From NCBI RefSeq assembly GCF_900083515.1, contig NZ_LT671858.1, positions 510,001 to 542,000 of the forward strand: DNA of 32,000 nt, in the 5' to 3' direction. Shown here one piece after another: positions 18,114 through 28,031 of the stretch. The notes below the pieces were generated by a model. The model did no database searches. It worked only from the letters and a program-made list of their open reading frames with translations, and was not told the origin of the DNA. The position numbers and the translations under genes were made by a program. This DNA comes from Cuniculiplasma divulgatum (GTDB lineage Archaea > Thermoplasmatota > Thermoplasmata > Thermoplasmatales > Thermoplasmataceae). Each line of letters begins with the position of its first letter. Within the stretch, counting starts at the first letter, position 1.

Positions 18114-18821
18114 ATGTACAGACATACCCTGCAAACTTCCCATGGAAAGGTTTCTTTCCTTTTCAGGGAGGGCGAAAAATACATCATACTTTTACATGGC
18201 CTTGGAGGTCTTGGCAACAACTTTATGAAAATATCATCCTGTATTCCCGAATCATATGGCGTTATTCTACCTGATCTCCTTGGACATGGGCAATCGGCTA
18301 AACCTCATGATATTAAAGTTTCAGATCAGGCCGAAATGATCCATGAACTCATAGACGGTCTGGATGTCAGTGAGTTCTTTATGGGAGGAAACTCATATGG
18401 TGGCTGGGTTGCCCTTTTTTACGAAATCAAGTATGGAGATTCTCAGGGACTGATCCTGATTGATAATGCAGGAATAAACCCCACAGTTGGTGATCAGGGT
18501 CAGGAAAGCGTGGAAAAATTTATGCTTCGGCTTGAAAGGGTAAGTCCTAAAAACGACATGGAAATAATGAGGGAAATAGTAGAAAATAATACTGGAAGCC
18601 AATGTAAGGTAAATGAAGAAATGCTAAAAACGATCAAAAAGAGAACACTTATTTTATGGGGAGAAAAAGATCAAATGATCCCTGTTGAGTATGGAATACA
18701 AATGAACCATAACATGCAGGGTTCAAAACTGGAAATCATCAAGGATGGCACACACACCCCTCATGTATCATCAAGTGAAAATGTATGTCGGTCAATAATT
18801 AATTTTCTTGACGGGGAATGA
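18114..18821 (+). CDS. Alpha/beta-fold hydrolase
   Basis: HGLGG oxyanion region, GNSYGG nucleophile elbow (GxSxG), and a C-terminal DGTHTPH with the catalytic His. Confidence 0.8.
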   Translation: MYRHTLQTSHGKVSFLFREGEKYIILLHGLGGLGNNFMKISSCIPESYGVILPDLLGHGQSAKPHDIKVSDQAEMIHELIDGLDVSEFFMGGNSYGGWVALFYEIKYGDSQGLILIDNAGINPTVGDQGQESVEKFMLRLERVSPKNDMEIMREIVENNTGSQCKVNEEMLKTIKKRTLILWGEKDQMIPVEYGIQMNHNMQGSKLEIIKDGTHTPHVSSSENVCRSIINFLDGE

Positions 18822-19562
18822 ATAGATACCCGGATCTTCTTCGTGTCTTTGAGTGAATTTATCATTTATATTTCCAGTGCTGAAGGAAACACTTTTCCTT
18901 CTTTCCTTCCCAAAATTTGTTTTTTTAATTCTTACACCGTCATCTTCTACATAGGTCTGGACAAATACGGAATCCCCGTTGAACTGTTCCGTAAGGGAAT
19001 TAAGTGATAAAACTGCAATCCTGTTCTCCAGTGCCCTTGTAACCATATACTGGTGCCATTCCTCATGAAAATCTCTGCGAATCAGTGATGGGTTGAAGAT
19101 TATTCTAACACCATTTAGTGAACTTATCTTTGAGAAGAATGGAAAATCAAGATCATAACAAACTGGCACTGAAAATGTTAAATCTTCTCCTGAGAATACC
19201 TTTATAACCCTTCCTGGAGTAATCCTCGATTTTTCCCTGTTAAATGGTACTATTTTGTCCTGATATCCAACCATCCTGCCTTTGTGATAAACATACGACC
19301 TGTTGTATAAGCTTTCTCTTTCTCTCACAATCAACGAACCTGCTATTAAGGTTACTCTCCTTGAAATTTCCCTAAAAGTTTCAAAAAGGTCAGAATCCCT
19401 CTGTTCATCCACAGGATCAATTATAAATCTCTCTGGGAAGACAACAATGGAGTTTTTTATAAATTCACCAGATATATCAATGGATCCTTCAATAAACTGT
19501 TCCTTCTTCATTATTTCTAACTGATATCCGGTAATATCAACGTTCTTCAATGATTCCATCAC
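18792..19562 (-). CDS. Carbon-nitrogen hydrolase (nitrilase superfamily)
   Basis: An E-K-C triad can be placed at VVFPE, QDKIVPF and VPVCYDLDFPF. The start overlaps the coaBC stop by ~26 nt. The 3' end overlaps the convergent hydrolase by 30 nt. Confidence 0.8.
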   Translation of the reverse strand: MMESLKNVDITGYQLEIMKKEQFIEGSIDISGEFIKNSIVVFPERFIIDPVDEQRDSDLFETFREISRRVTLIAGSLIVRERESLYNRSYVYHKGRMVGYQDKIVPFNREKSRITPGRVIKVFSGEDLTFSVPVCYDLDFPFFSKISSLNGVRIIFNPSLIRRDFHEEWHQYMVTRALENRIAVLSLNSLTEQFNGDSVFVQTYVEDDGVRIKKTNFGKERRKSVSFSTGNINDKFTQRHEEDPGIYSFPVKKINY

Positions 19563-20703
19563 CTATCTTAATTAGTATTGAAGCCAGTTCTTCCTTTTCC
19601 ATCTCCTTCTCCATCAACTTTTTTTCTCCATCATAAATGATATATTTGTTCCTGCTTATGCCAAAGGGCCTTTCCTGAACAAGATTCACCACTGTTACCT
19701 GATCTGAATCTTCAGGTACATAATTTCTGTCTGTTAGCTTGAATCTGATTATAGGAATGTTAAGATTGAATTTTTTCATGACTCCTTCCATTTTATCTAC
19801 AAGTTTCTCTCTAGGTTTCATAACCAGATTTACAGATTTTTCACTTCTTATCTTTTTTTCACTCTTTTCTACAGTAAAGTCTGAAAGTGCGGCAGGTATT
19901 GCTATGAGATCTATTTTTTGATCTCTTATAGATTCTTCAACTATTCTGTAATAGTCATCTGTCTGTTCACATTTTATAAATTCACAATAATAGGGAATCC
20001 TGTGTTCAGAATTCCCCACATAAATGATCCTGCCATAACCATCACGATATGCCTCTCTGGCAATGCATACACCAGTATAACCGGAACTCCTGTTTGTCAG
20101 GGATCTAACAGGATCAATTGAAACCTCACTTTTGCCAGAAATGATCAAAATGGTTCTACTGTTGTTACCTCTTCTAACTATTGTATCTATAATCTCTTCA
20201 GACCACATTATCTTTGCTTTGCCATCTTCTACTCTGGGGGAAACAAAATCCACTCCAAAGCCCTTAAGCCTGACAATATTTTCCTGAAGAATAGGGCTCT
20301 CATACATTTCCATGTGCATTGCCGGTACGATCACGGTTCTTATCCCGGTGCCAAGAGCGTTTGCGAATATTGTGCTTGCAGTATCGTCAGCAATTCCTCC
20401 CGCGAATTTACCGATCATATTGTACGTGGAAGGGCACACAAGAAGAATGGTATTTGATCTATCCCCATCGAAAAGACTAATATGCTCCATATTGCCTGTT
20501 AAGTTAGTTATTATAGGTTCTTCTGAGGCCCACTCCATGGTTTCTTTTCCAATGATCTGTGTTGCACTATCAGTTAATACGACCCTTATTCTTGCACCAC
20601 TCCTTTTCAGGTCCCTCACAATGTCCGGGGTTCTGTAAGCAGAAATACTACCACTAACAATCATTACTATATTCTTACCACTCAAAAGTTCGTTGATTTC
20701 CAT
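19537..20703 (-). CDS. coaBC: Bifunctional phosphopantothenoylcysteine decarboxylase / phosphopantothenate-cysteine ligase
   Basis: N-terminal flavoprotein domain (IVMIVSGSISAYRTPDIVRDLKRSG, PAMHMEMY). C-terminal CoaB domain (IDPVRSLTNRSSGYTG). Confidence 0.9.
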   Translation of the reverse strand: MEINELLSGKNIVMIVSGSISAYRTPDIVRDLKRSGARIRVVLTDSATQIIGKETMEWASEEPIITNLTGNMEHISLFDGDRSNTILLVCPSTYNMIGKFAGGIADDTASTIFANALGTGIRTVIVPAMHMEMYESPILQENIVRLKGFGVDFVSPRVEDGKAKIMWSEEIIDTIVRRGNNSRTILIISGKSEVSIDPVRSLTNRSSGYTGVCIAREAYRDGYGRIIYVGNSEHRIPYYCEFIKCEQTDDYYRIVEESIRDQKIDLIAIPAALSDFTVEKSEKKIRSEKSVNLVMKPREKLVDKMEGVMKKFNLNIPIIRFKLTDRNYVPEDSDQVTVVNLVQERPFGISRNKYIIYDGEKKLMEKEMEKEELASILIKIGDGIIEER

Positions 20704-20709
20704 TAAATA

Positions 20710-21108
20710 TCACCTTGATATGGCCCATATTCCGTGTGCAGTTGCCACTGTATTATCACTCTGATCATCAATGCTCATTTCTATAAAGGCATGTCTACCA
20801 CCTTCTCTATTAACCCTGGATGTTATGATGCAGTAATCTCCGGTGAGTGGTGTGAGAAATGTAATGTTAAGAGAGAGCGTGAATGCATTGAAGACACCTG
20901 GAATGGTGAATACTGAAAGAGCGCCAGAAATATCGAATAATCCTGCAATTATACCTCCGTTAACAACATCACCCATCCTCATAAATCGATCTTCAAGAAT
21001 GATTTTTAGTTTTACCTCTCCATTTTTCTCTGAGAGAATCTCAATTTTGAAATTTTTCATGAAATTATCAGATTCTATAAGCGTTCTGAGTCTTGATTCA
21101 GGAGACAT
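20710..21108 (-). CDS. PaaI/4HBT-type hotdog-fold thioesterase
   Basis: 132 aa. GDVVNGGIIAGLFDISGALSV matches the PaaI-family active-site helix region. It is the first gene of the coaBC operon, with a 6-nt gap. Confidence 0.75.
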   Translation of the reverse strand: MSPESRLRTLIESDNFMKNFKIEILSEKNGEVKLKIILEDRFMRMGDVVNGGIIAGLFDISGALSVFTIPGVFNAFTLSLNITFLTPLTGDYCIITSRVNREGGRHAFIEMSIDDQSDNTVATAHGIWAISR

Positions 21109-21413
21109 ATTCAGTCAAATACTTGAGAATATTTATACTATCGCAGCAAATTTTTTTTAATGATTAGCGTTTTCCCAGAATATGAAAATGGATTCGTTCT
21201 CATAAAAAATATTCTCATGGAAAGTTAGACATTGTCCAGTAACAAGCAACATAAAGCACGATGGAAGTGATTTTAAATGACTGTAAAAAAATCAAAGAAT
21301 GAGAAATCCAGATTGCACTTGATATTCCCACATCATTTCATATTTTTAGGGGACTTAATATCAATAATTTGCTTGTTTTGCCTTAAAAGTTATGTAATTC
21401 AAAAATATTTTAT

Positions 21414-21430
21414 CTTTTATATAATATAAT
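21414..21430 (+). promoter_or_regulatory. TATA-box-like element upstream of cydA
   Basis: CTTTTATATAATATAAT lies about 50 nt upstream of the ATG at 21475. Confidence 0.3.
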
Positions 21431-21474
21431 TTCACAACAGAGAATTTAAGTATGTTTCAGTGCTATTATTTTTT

Positions 21475-22825
21475 ATGAGCTTCATAGTGAATTTCGACCG
21501 TTTTCTTATGGGATTTACTCTGGCCTCTCATATACTTATTGTTACAATGAGTATAGGACTGAGTATTATTGTATCACTGGCAGAGTATATTGGAATAAGG
21601 AGGAAAGATCCATACTACGAAGCACTGGCAAGGAGGTTGACAATTGCACTTGTTGTCTTTTTTTGCCATAGGCACTGCCAGTGGAACTGTCCTTGCCGTT
21701 GAACTTTTTGCACTATGGCCAAGCTTTATGGTTGTGGTGGGAAAGGTAGATATTTTGCCTTTCTATTATGAAGTTTTTGCATTCCTTCTAGAATCTATCT
21801 GTCTTGTTCTTTACTTCTACTACTGGGACTTTTATAAGAACAGATATAAACACTGGGTTCTTTCTTTGATGGTTGCTGTAGGAACAGTTATGTCAGCTGT
21901 TTTTATAACCATGATAAACGCATGGATGAATACACCTGCTGGTTTTAATATACCGTACTATCTCAAGACCGGCATCTTAACTGATATCAACCCACTTGCA
22001 GCAATTGCTGCCCCTTCAGTGCTATATGAAGATCTTCATGTTGTTACTGCCACAGTAACTGCTGGTGTCTTCCTAATAGGCACATATCTTGCATACAGTT
22101 TCCTGAAGGCAAAAAGTGAGGACCTAAAAATCTTTTACAGAAAGGGACTGAAACTCGTTGCGTCCGTTGGACTTATTTCAATAGCGTTAGCCGGAATAAG
22201 TGGTAGTCTTGCAGCCTCACAGCTAATAGTGTTACAGCCATTAAAATATGCTGCAATTGAACTTGATCTTCACAGTACAACCAGCGGTGCAGAAACGCTT
22301 GGTGGGATTTTAGTATCGGGACGAATACTATACGCCATTACCATACCAAAGCTGCAAAGTCTGCTTGCTTTTCCGCAGACTCTTGGAAAGGGTACACTTC
22401 CCGGACTGGACCAGTATCCACAGAGTTTATGGCCACCACTTTTTATTCATTTAACATTCGATACAATGGTAGGTGGAGGATTTCTGGTGGGTCTCTTTGC
22501 CCTGTATCTAGTATGGAGATTATTAAGAAAAAGATCAATCACAACTAAAATTGGTTTATACGGGATGATAGTATCAGGATTACTTCTAATTCTGGTGTAC
22601 GACAGCGGATGGGTCACAGACGAGGTTGGAAGGCAGCCATGGATCATATACAATGTTATGACTGTTCAGTCCGCTGCAAATACGTCCTCGTCAATAATTC
22701 CACTTGGCATAGCCATAATGATTTTCTATTTCATAGTCGTGCCATTTAGTTTCTATTTTGCAAGCAGGGTCCTAAGGCACGAATCCGTTCAATCTGAAAT
22801 TGAAAGAGCGAGAGGGTTGAAATGA
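21475..22825 (+). pseudogene. cydA: Cytochrome bd quinol oxidase subunit I, with the reading frame broken at a T7 run (a +1 shift is needed)
   Basis: Track ORFs 21460-21702 and 21644-22825 are the N- and C-terminal parts of one CydA. Dropping one T from the run at 21658-21664 gives ...RRLTIALVVFFAIGTASGTVLAVELF..., a continuous CydA-like sequence. The stop overlaps the cydB ATG (ATGA). Confidence 0.8.
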
Positions 22826-23795
22826 CAGGATCAGTTAACGTTGAAGTAATAGTAAATATACTAGTATTTTCAATCTTTTTTACAAGTGCATCCACTGAAC
22901 TAATGGCAGCATCCGCTATTCTTTTTAAATATAAAGAGAGCCAGACAAAGGTTTTTGGGTTCCTTTTACCAATCTGGGAGATAACAGGAACCCTCTTTGT
23001 TTTCTATGTGGTGAATCTTGAAGGTCTTGTACCTGACGTTCTTCCTCTCCTTGCATTTTCTTTCATTTCTTATATACTGATATTTCTCATACTTTATGTG
23101 CTTCGCAACTCTATAATCATATTCGCAGAAATGATCTGGAAAAACAGAGTTATAAACAAAAAACACTCTATTCAATTTATGCACTTGTCACCTTTGTACT
23201 AGGGGCAATGATACTCCTGATTTATGCAAGCTTTATTGGAGGACATGGAATAAACTATACTGCAAGAACATTCAATCTGCTGAATTTTATAACATTCCTG
23301 CCAGATGATGGATTCATAATCGGTATTGCAATATTGCTCTTTGGAATGGCATCCATTTTTTATGACCTGAAGGTAAATCGCTTTTTACCACTGCTTGTTA
23401 TTGTTGTGGGTCTGATAATTTCAGGTGTCGCACTTCGTGGTCTTGGTGATTACAGCAACAGTACTCTTCCCGTCGTATCACTTATCCTGTTCCTGCTAAT
23501 ACCAATTCTCTGGATCTTAAAACCAACGAGGAAGTATATAACAAACAAATTGGTATTTCAGGGAATTTTTGCCATATCCATATTCATTGTGGCATTTTCT
23601 CAATATCCTTACCTTCTGGGTAGAACTCTAAATATTACGACAATACTGAACAACACAGCGATGCAGACAGAAATGTTCTATGCAACCATAGTAGGTGGAA
23701 TTATTTTGTTCGTACTGACGTTCTTCTTTTACGATATATATTTCGAGAAGGGGAAGCAAAAGGAAATGGATCAACAGAAAAATGCTGGAAGTTGA
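22822..23795 (+). pseudogene. cydB: Cytochrome bd quinol oxidase subunit II, with the reading frame broken near an A6 run (a -1 shift is needed)
   Basis: Track ORFs 22822-23202 (126 aa) and 23208-23795 (195 aa) sum to a normal CydB length. The downstream frame is open from 23037 and reads ...KTLYSIYALVTFVLGAMILLIYASF through the 'start' at 23208. The join is most simply placed at AAAAAA 23158-23163. Confidence 0.7.
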
Positions 23796-23813
23796 TATTA
23801 TTAATCTATAACA

Positions 23814-25058
23814 TCAGTTGAGAAATTTCAACATTTTTTCCATAGTGGACTGGAGAAGTTCTGGTGGCAGTTTCCCGTGGGTATAATAAGAATAAGAATC
23901 AAATCCCCATTTCATAAGATGTGCCAGTGGTCCATTAACGGTTTTATCCACATGACCACCAAAGAGAGTATTGGAAAGTATAAGAGTAGCCTCAACTCCC
24001 CCTCTATTCATTATACAGAATATTTCTGGCTTAAACTCAATGATTTCACCATTTCCATTTATTTCTTTCATTAGAGAAGATACTGCTACATCTGCCTGAA
24101 GCACTGCTATATGTCCAAGTTTTGGCATTGAGAGGGTATTGCAGTCACCAACCACGAAAATATTATGATGTTGAGGGTGTCGCATTTCCAGGTCAGTTTT
24201 GATAAATCCATATTCATCACCAAGACCTGAATTCTTTATCACTTCTGGTCCTGTATATGGTGGGATTACAAGGGTAAGATCGCTGGGAAGCTGTGTGCCA
24301 TCCTCAAAAATAACTGACTTTCCCTCTATACTTTTCAGCACTTTCTCTGTGATTACCTTGATTTCCTTCTTTGAAATCACAGATCCAACTTTTTCATGAA
24401 TTCGAGGACCAACATCATCGAAAAACACCTTTCCAGGAGTAAAAACTGTTATGGTGGTAATTTCTCTCAGATCTCTTTCTCTGAGGAAAAAATCAAGCAT
24501 GAACATTATCTCTCCAATTGGTCCTTCGCATGGTGCATCCAGTTTTATCTCAGTTGATTTTTCATCCCAGTTAGTCTTAGATGCTCCAATGACCACATTC
24601 CCCCCCTTAAAATTGTTAATTGCATCCCACATTTTTGGTGCATGTTCATCATCACAAACTGAGTATGCATGTTCCTCAAAACCTGAAATAGCCTCGTAAT
24701 CCTTTACAGCTCCAGTTGCAATTACGAGATAGTCGTAATTTATAAGATTTCCATTTAAGAGCTTCACCTCGTTTTTCTCAGCAAATATCTGTTCCACTCT
24801 GGAGTTAATAAATTCTATATTATTTTTTTTAGCGATCTTACCAATTGGAATCTGAGTGTGAGCCACTGGCTTACCTGCAAGTGCAACTTCAACAAGAGAC
24901 GGCTTTTCCAGACTCGTGGTTCTCATATCTATTAAAGTAATTTCGAATTTTTTACCAATCTCTTTTTTCACATCATATAAAAATCTCAATCCACCAAATC
25001 CTGCACCAATTATCACAATTCTTTTCTTTTTATCATTATTATGCTGGTATTGTTCCAT
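23814..25058 (-). CDS. sqr: FAD-dependent pyridine-nucleotide-disulfide-family oxidoreductase, sulfide:quinone oxidoreductase-like
   Basis: RIVIIGAGFGG Rossmann motif, second dinucleotide motif region, and FVVGDC. Cys at ~135, ~177 (DAPCEGP) and ~348 (EIFCIMNRGG) lie where archaeal SQRs carry their redox or flavin-linking cysteines, from my recollection of the Acidianus enzyme. Confidence 0.65.
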   Translation of the reverse strand: MEQYQHNNDKKKRIVIIGAGFGGLRFLYDVKKEIGKKFEITLIDMRTTSLEKPSLVEVALAGKPVAHTQIPIGKIAKKNNIEFINSRVEQIFAEKNEVKLLNGNLINYDYLVIATGAVKDYEAISGFEEHAYSVCDDEHAPKMWDAINNFKGGNVVIGASKTNWDEKSTEIKLDAPCEGPIGEIMFMLDFFLRERDLREITTITVFTPGKVFFDDVGPRIHEKVGSVISKKEIKVITEKVLKSIEGKSVIFEDGTQLPSDLTLVIPPYTGPEVIKNSGLGDEYGFIKTDLEMRHPQHHNIFVVGDCNTLSMPKLGHIAVLQADVAVSSLMKEINGNGEIIEFKPEIFCIMNRGGVEATLILSNTLFGGHVDKTVNGPLAHLMKWGFDSYSYYTHGKLPPELLQSTMEKMLKFLN

Positions 25059-25280
25059 GTTTATATGAAATCTTTCATAACACTAATACTTGTTGAAATA
25101 TAATTTAGAATGTGAATTGATTCGGGAGCAATTGAAATGATTCCAAATCATGGCTGTAATCTAATGTTTTACCTAAAACAAAACAAGTCTCATGTATTCT
25201 TTCAATTTACTTGATAAAATTATCCAATATAAGATGATAATAATTGGAAAACAATAATAAGACATAAGGCATATTTAGGT

Positions 25281-26006
25281 ATGGATGCTATCTCCTCACG
25301 ACTTGAAAAGGTTGCTGAAATGCTGAAGATGTTTGGTCTTTCATCCTACGAGGCACAGGCTTTTTCTGCACTGATATATCACGGGGTTGCCAATGCTGAT
25401 GTGATTGCAGATACCGCAAAGATACCCAGAACATCAGCATATAAGGTTATGGAATCTCTAGTGGAAAAGGGATATGCCAAAGAAACAGAGGGAAGACCCA
25501 AGATGTTTAAGCCAGAGACACTTGAAGATATAAGAAAGAGAATAGAAACTAGGGTGCAGGACCTGTTTTCAGAGATGAGGCAGATTGAGGACAATGTGCC
25601 TTCCAAGGGGGATCCACAGCTGGTTTACACAATTTACGGAAGATCAAAAGTTATGAGCAAAATAGCAGAACTGATCAACCTTGCTGACAAGGAACTGTAT
25701 ATCTGTACACCAATGGTGAAAGAAATAAGGATGGAGATGAAGAAGAACATAGAAAATGCAATGAGGAGAAATGTCAAGGTGATCTTTGTTACACCACCCA
25801 ATAAAAGAGTTCCGCAGAACGCTCAGATATTTAGAAAGGAGGGTTTAATTGCAACAGACGTTGTTGCAGACAGATCAAGGGCACTTCTTGCAGGCCCCGA
25901 TCTTAATGCATGTGGCTATACAGATAATCCAGCACTTGCGCTGCATGTATTCCAGTTTGTTCAGATGATAATTGATAGCAGCGATTTTAACGCAAAGGAA
26001 GAGTGA
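25281..26006 (+). CDS. trmB: TrmB-family transcriptional regulator
   Basis: N-terminal wHTH FGLSSYEAQAFSALIYHGVANADVIADTAKIPRTSAYKVMESLVEKGYA is the typical TrmB DNA-binding domain. At 241 aa it is the shorter architecture. Confidence 0.85.
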   Translation: MDAISSRLEKVAEMLKMFGLSSYEAQAFSALIYHGVANADVIADTAKIPRTSAYKVMESLVEKGYAKETEGRPKMFKPETLEDIRKRIETRVQDLFSEMRQIEDNVPSKGDPQLVYTIYGRSKVMSKIAELINLADKELYICTPMVKEIRMEMKKNIENAMRRNVKVIFVTPPNKRVPQNAQIFRKEGLIATDVVADRSRALLAGPDLNACGYTDNPALALHVFQFVQMIIDSSDFNAKEE

Positions 26007-26009
26007 AAA

Positions 26010-26861
26010 ATGAAAATTACAGATGTTAATAATATAGGTGGCCATCTATCAACCTCAAAGGGAATAGATGCAACCCCAGAAAGAGCACGTGAATTTGGTT
26101 TTAAAAGTTATCAAGTTTTTACCAAGAGTCAGATGCAGTGGAAGGCAAAACCACTTGATGAGGAAACTGTAAAGAAGTTCAAGAAAGAGAAAATGGAAAA
26201 CGGAAACCCTACTGTAATGGTTCACGCATCATACCTTCTAAACACAGCCAGCAGTGATGAGTCTCTTAGGGAGAAGGTAAGGGAAGCCTTCAGAACAGAA
26301 ATAGAAAGAGCTGATAAGCTTGGAATGGAGCTTTTAACATTTCACCCAGGATCATTCAAGGATGCAACACTAGAGATAGGAATAGCCAACGTTTCTAATA
26401 TGTTAAATGATGTTATAACTCCAGATCAGAGTGTCAAGGTACTGATTGAAAATAGCGCCGGTCAGGGAAACAGTGTTGGCAAAACATTTGAAGACATCGC
26501 AAAAATAATTGATAAGGTAGAAGAGAAAGACAAAGTTGGTATTACGCTGGACACCTGTCACACATGGGCATCTGGATATAATTTTGCGGAAGAGACTGGC
26601 TATGGTCAGATGATCGATGAAATTAAGAGAACAGTAGGCCTAGAAAGAATAAACGGATTTCATCTTAACGACAGCAAAAAAGGACTCGGGGAACACACTG
26701 ACCGGCACGAAATGATAGGAAAGGGTACCGTTGGAGTGAATGGATTCAGATTTTTAATGAAGGATAGAAATTTCCAAAAGGTACCAATGATCTTTGAAAC
26801 TCCACTGGGTGAAGACGGATATATGAGTGATATCGAAGCTTTAAATCAATTGCTGAAATAA
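26010..26861 (+). CDS. nfo: Endonuclease IV (deoxyribonuclease IV, AP endonuclease family 2)
   Basis: IGGHLSTSKG, YQVFTKSQMQW, HASYLLN, HPGS, ENSAGQG, LDTCH, HLNDSK and HEMIG reproduce the Nfo metal-ligand blocks. Confidence 0.92.
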   Translation: MKITDVNNIGGHLSTSKGIDATPERAREFGFKSYQVFTKSQMQWKAKPLDEETVKKFKKEKMENGNPTVMVHASYLLNTASSDESLREKVREAFRTEIERADKLGMELLTFHPGSFKDATLEIGIANVSNMLNDVITPDQSVKVLIENSAGQGNSVGKTFEDIAKIIDKVEEKDKVGITLDTCHTWASGYNFAEETGYGQMIDEIKRTVGLERINGFHLNDSKKGLGEHTDRHEMIGKGTVGVNGFRFLMKDRNFQKVPMIFETPLGEDGYMSDIEALNQLLK

Positions 26862-26870
26862 GGGAGAACA

Positions 26871-28031
26871 TTGATTCTCGAAACATTTGTACCAACAATT
26901 TATAAGAACGGGTTAGGAAGGGTTACTTCTCCTCCCTTTGATATGATCACTAAGGCTACAGAGAAGGAGCTGAAGAAAAACCCATATAACATAGTCAATC
27001 TAAAGGACTGCAAGGACCCGGAAGAGGCAAGAAAACTATTCAATAAATGGCTGGAAGAAGGTGTTCTCAGTAAAAATAACAGTCAGGGGTTCGTAGTGTT
27101 GAAGCAGGTCTTTATGGAAGGGGGAGTTCAAAGGGAAAGATATGGAGTAATTGGCATCATAAATTTACTGGAGCCGGAAAACTGCCTTATACCTCATGAA
27201 AACATAATTACAAAACTAGTCAATCAAAGAGAGAAACTCATAGAAAGAATGGAATATCAAACAGAACCTGTATTTGTTGTAAGTGAGCAAACAAATCTGA
27301 ATTCAACCCTCAGATCTATAATGTCAGAGCAAAAATGTGAGAGAGTCTATGAAGAGCCAGAAGGGGTTTTCAACAGCATTTGCATTCTTTCAGATCCTGT
27401 TAAAATTGGTAAAATACAGGAAGTTCTAAAGGGGGATATAGGAATTATTGCCGACGGTCACCACAGGACAAAGGCAATGCTATCTCTTTCAAAAAAATAT
27501 GGGGAAGATGTCCAGTTTTTTAATCATCTATTCGTTTTTGTTACTTCCCTCAGATCGGAGAGCATATTTATTGCTCAGGTTCACAGAATAGTGGATTATA
27601 ACGAAGATATAATGAAGAGAATTCGTGAAAAATTTATTCCTGAAAAAACAGGAGAAAGTTTGGATTTAAAATATCCTGTTATAATTCATGGAGAATCAAA
27701 ATATTTACTCAAGCCAAAGACCGAAATGAAATACTGTGACTATCTGGATGCTATAGATAATTCCATTAAAAGAGGTTCCAGCAGGGCTGGAATAAAATAT
27801 ACTTATATCAGTGAAGAGGCAGAGAATGATATAAGAAATGATCCAAATAAAATGGCATTCATGATGCCACCCTGGGATAAGGAGGGATTTGTGCAAACAC
27901 TGAAAAGAGGGTATGTATTGCCTGCAAAATCAACATATTTTTACCCGAAAATTCCATCAGGGATTGCATTCTACGGTCTGGATGCACAGGAATGCCGCTG
28001 TGGCTTAGTTGGTAGAGCAGCTGATTCGTAA
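26871..28031 (+). CDS. DUF1015-family protein (uncharacterised conserved family)
   Basis: VTSPPFDMI near the N-terminus, central ADGHHR motif, and C-terminal STYFYPKIPSG block. It has a TTG start after GGGAG. The last 38 nt, including the stop, lie inside the tRNA-Thr gene. Confidence 0.75.
   Translation: MILETFVPTIYKNGLGRVTSPPFDMITKATEKELKKNPYNIVNLKDCKDPEEARKLFNKWLEEGVLSKNNSQGFVVLKQVFMEGGVQRERYGVIGIINLLEPENCLIPHENIITKLVNQREKLIERMEYQTEPVFVVSEQTNLNSTLRSIMSEQKCERVYEEPEGVFNSICILSDPVKIGKIQEVLKGDIGIIADGHHRTKAMLSLSKKYGEDVQFFNHLFVFVTSLRSESIFIAQVHRIVDYNEDIMKRIREKFIPEKTGESLDLKYPVIIHGESKYLLKPKTEMKYCDYLDAIDNSIKRGSSRAGIKYTYISEEAENDIRNDPNKMAFMMPPWDKEGFVQTLKRGYVLPAKSTYFYPKIPSGIAFYGLDAQECRCGLVGRAADS

Noticed and set aside
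20706-20720. Perfect palindrome ATATCA-CCT-TGATAT between the thioesterase stop and the coaBC start
   Set aside because: The 6-bp arms are expected by chance in AT-rich DNA. It sits in a 6-nt intercistronic junction of a coupled operon, with no second copy elsewhere.
21109-21474. The 365-nt spacer upstream of cydA, with an 11-nt inverted repeat (TGAGAATATTT at 21123-21133 and AAATATTCTCA at 21208-21218), as a possible ncRNA or regulatory structure
   Set aside because: The arms are ~75 nt apart and AT-rich. I could see no stable extended stem, no C/D or H/ACA boxes and no conserved motif, so the evidence is insufficient.
21460-21702. The 80-aa ORF treated as an independent small membrane protein upstream of a 393-aa cydA
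   Set aside because: Its sequence is the normal CydA N-terminus. It joins seamlessly to the next ORF if one T of the T7 run is removed, so I report a single interrupted gene.
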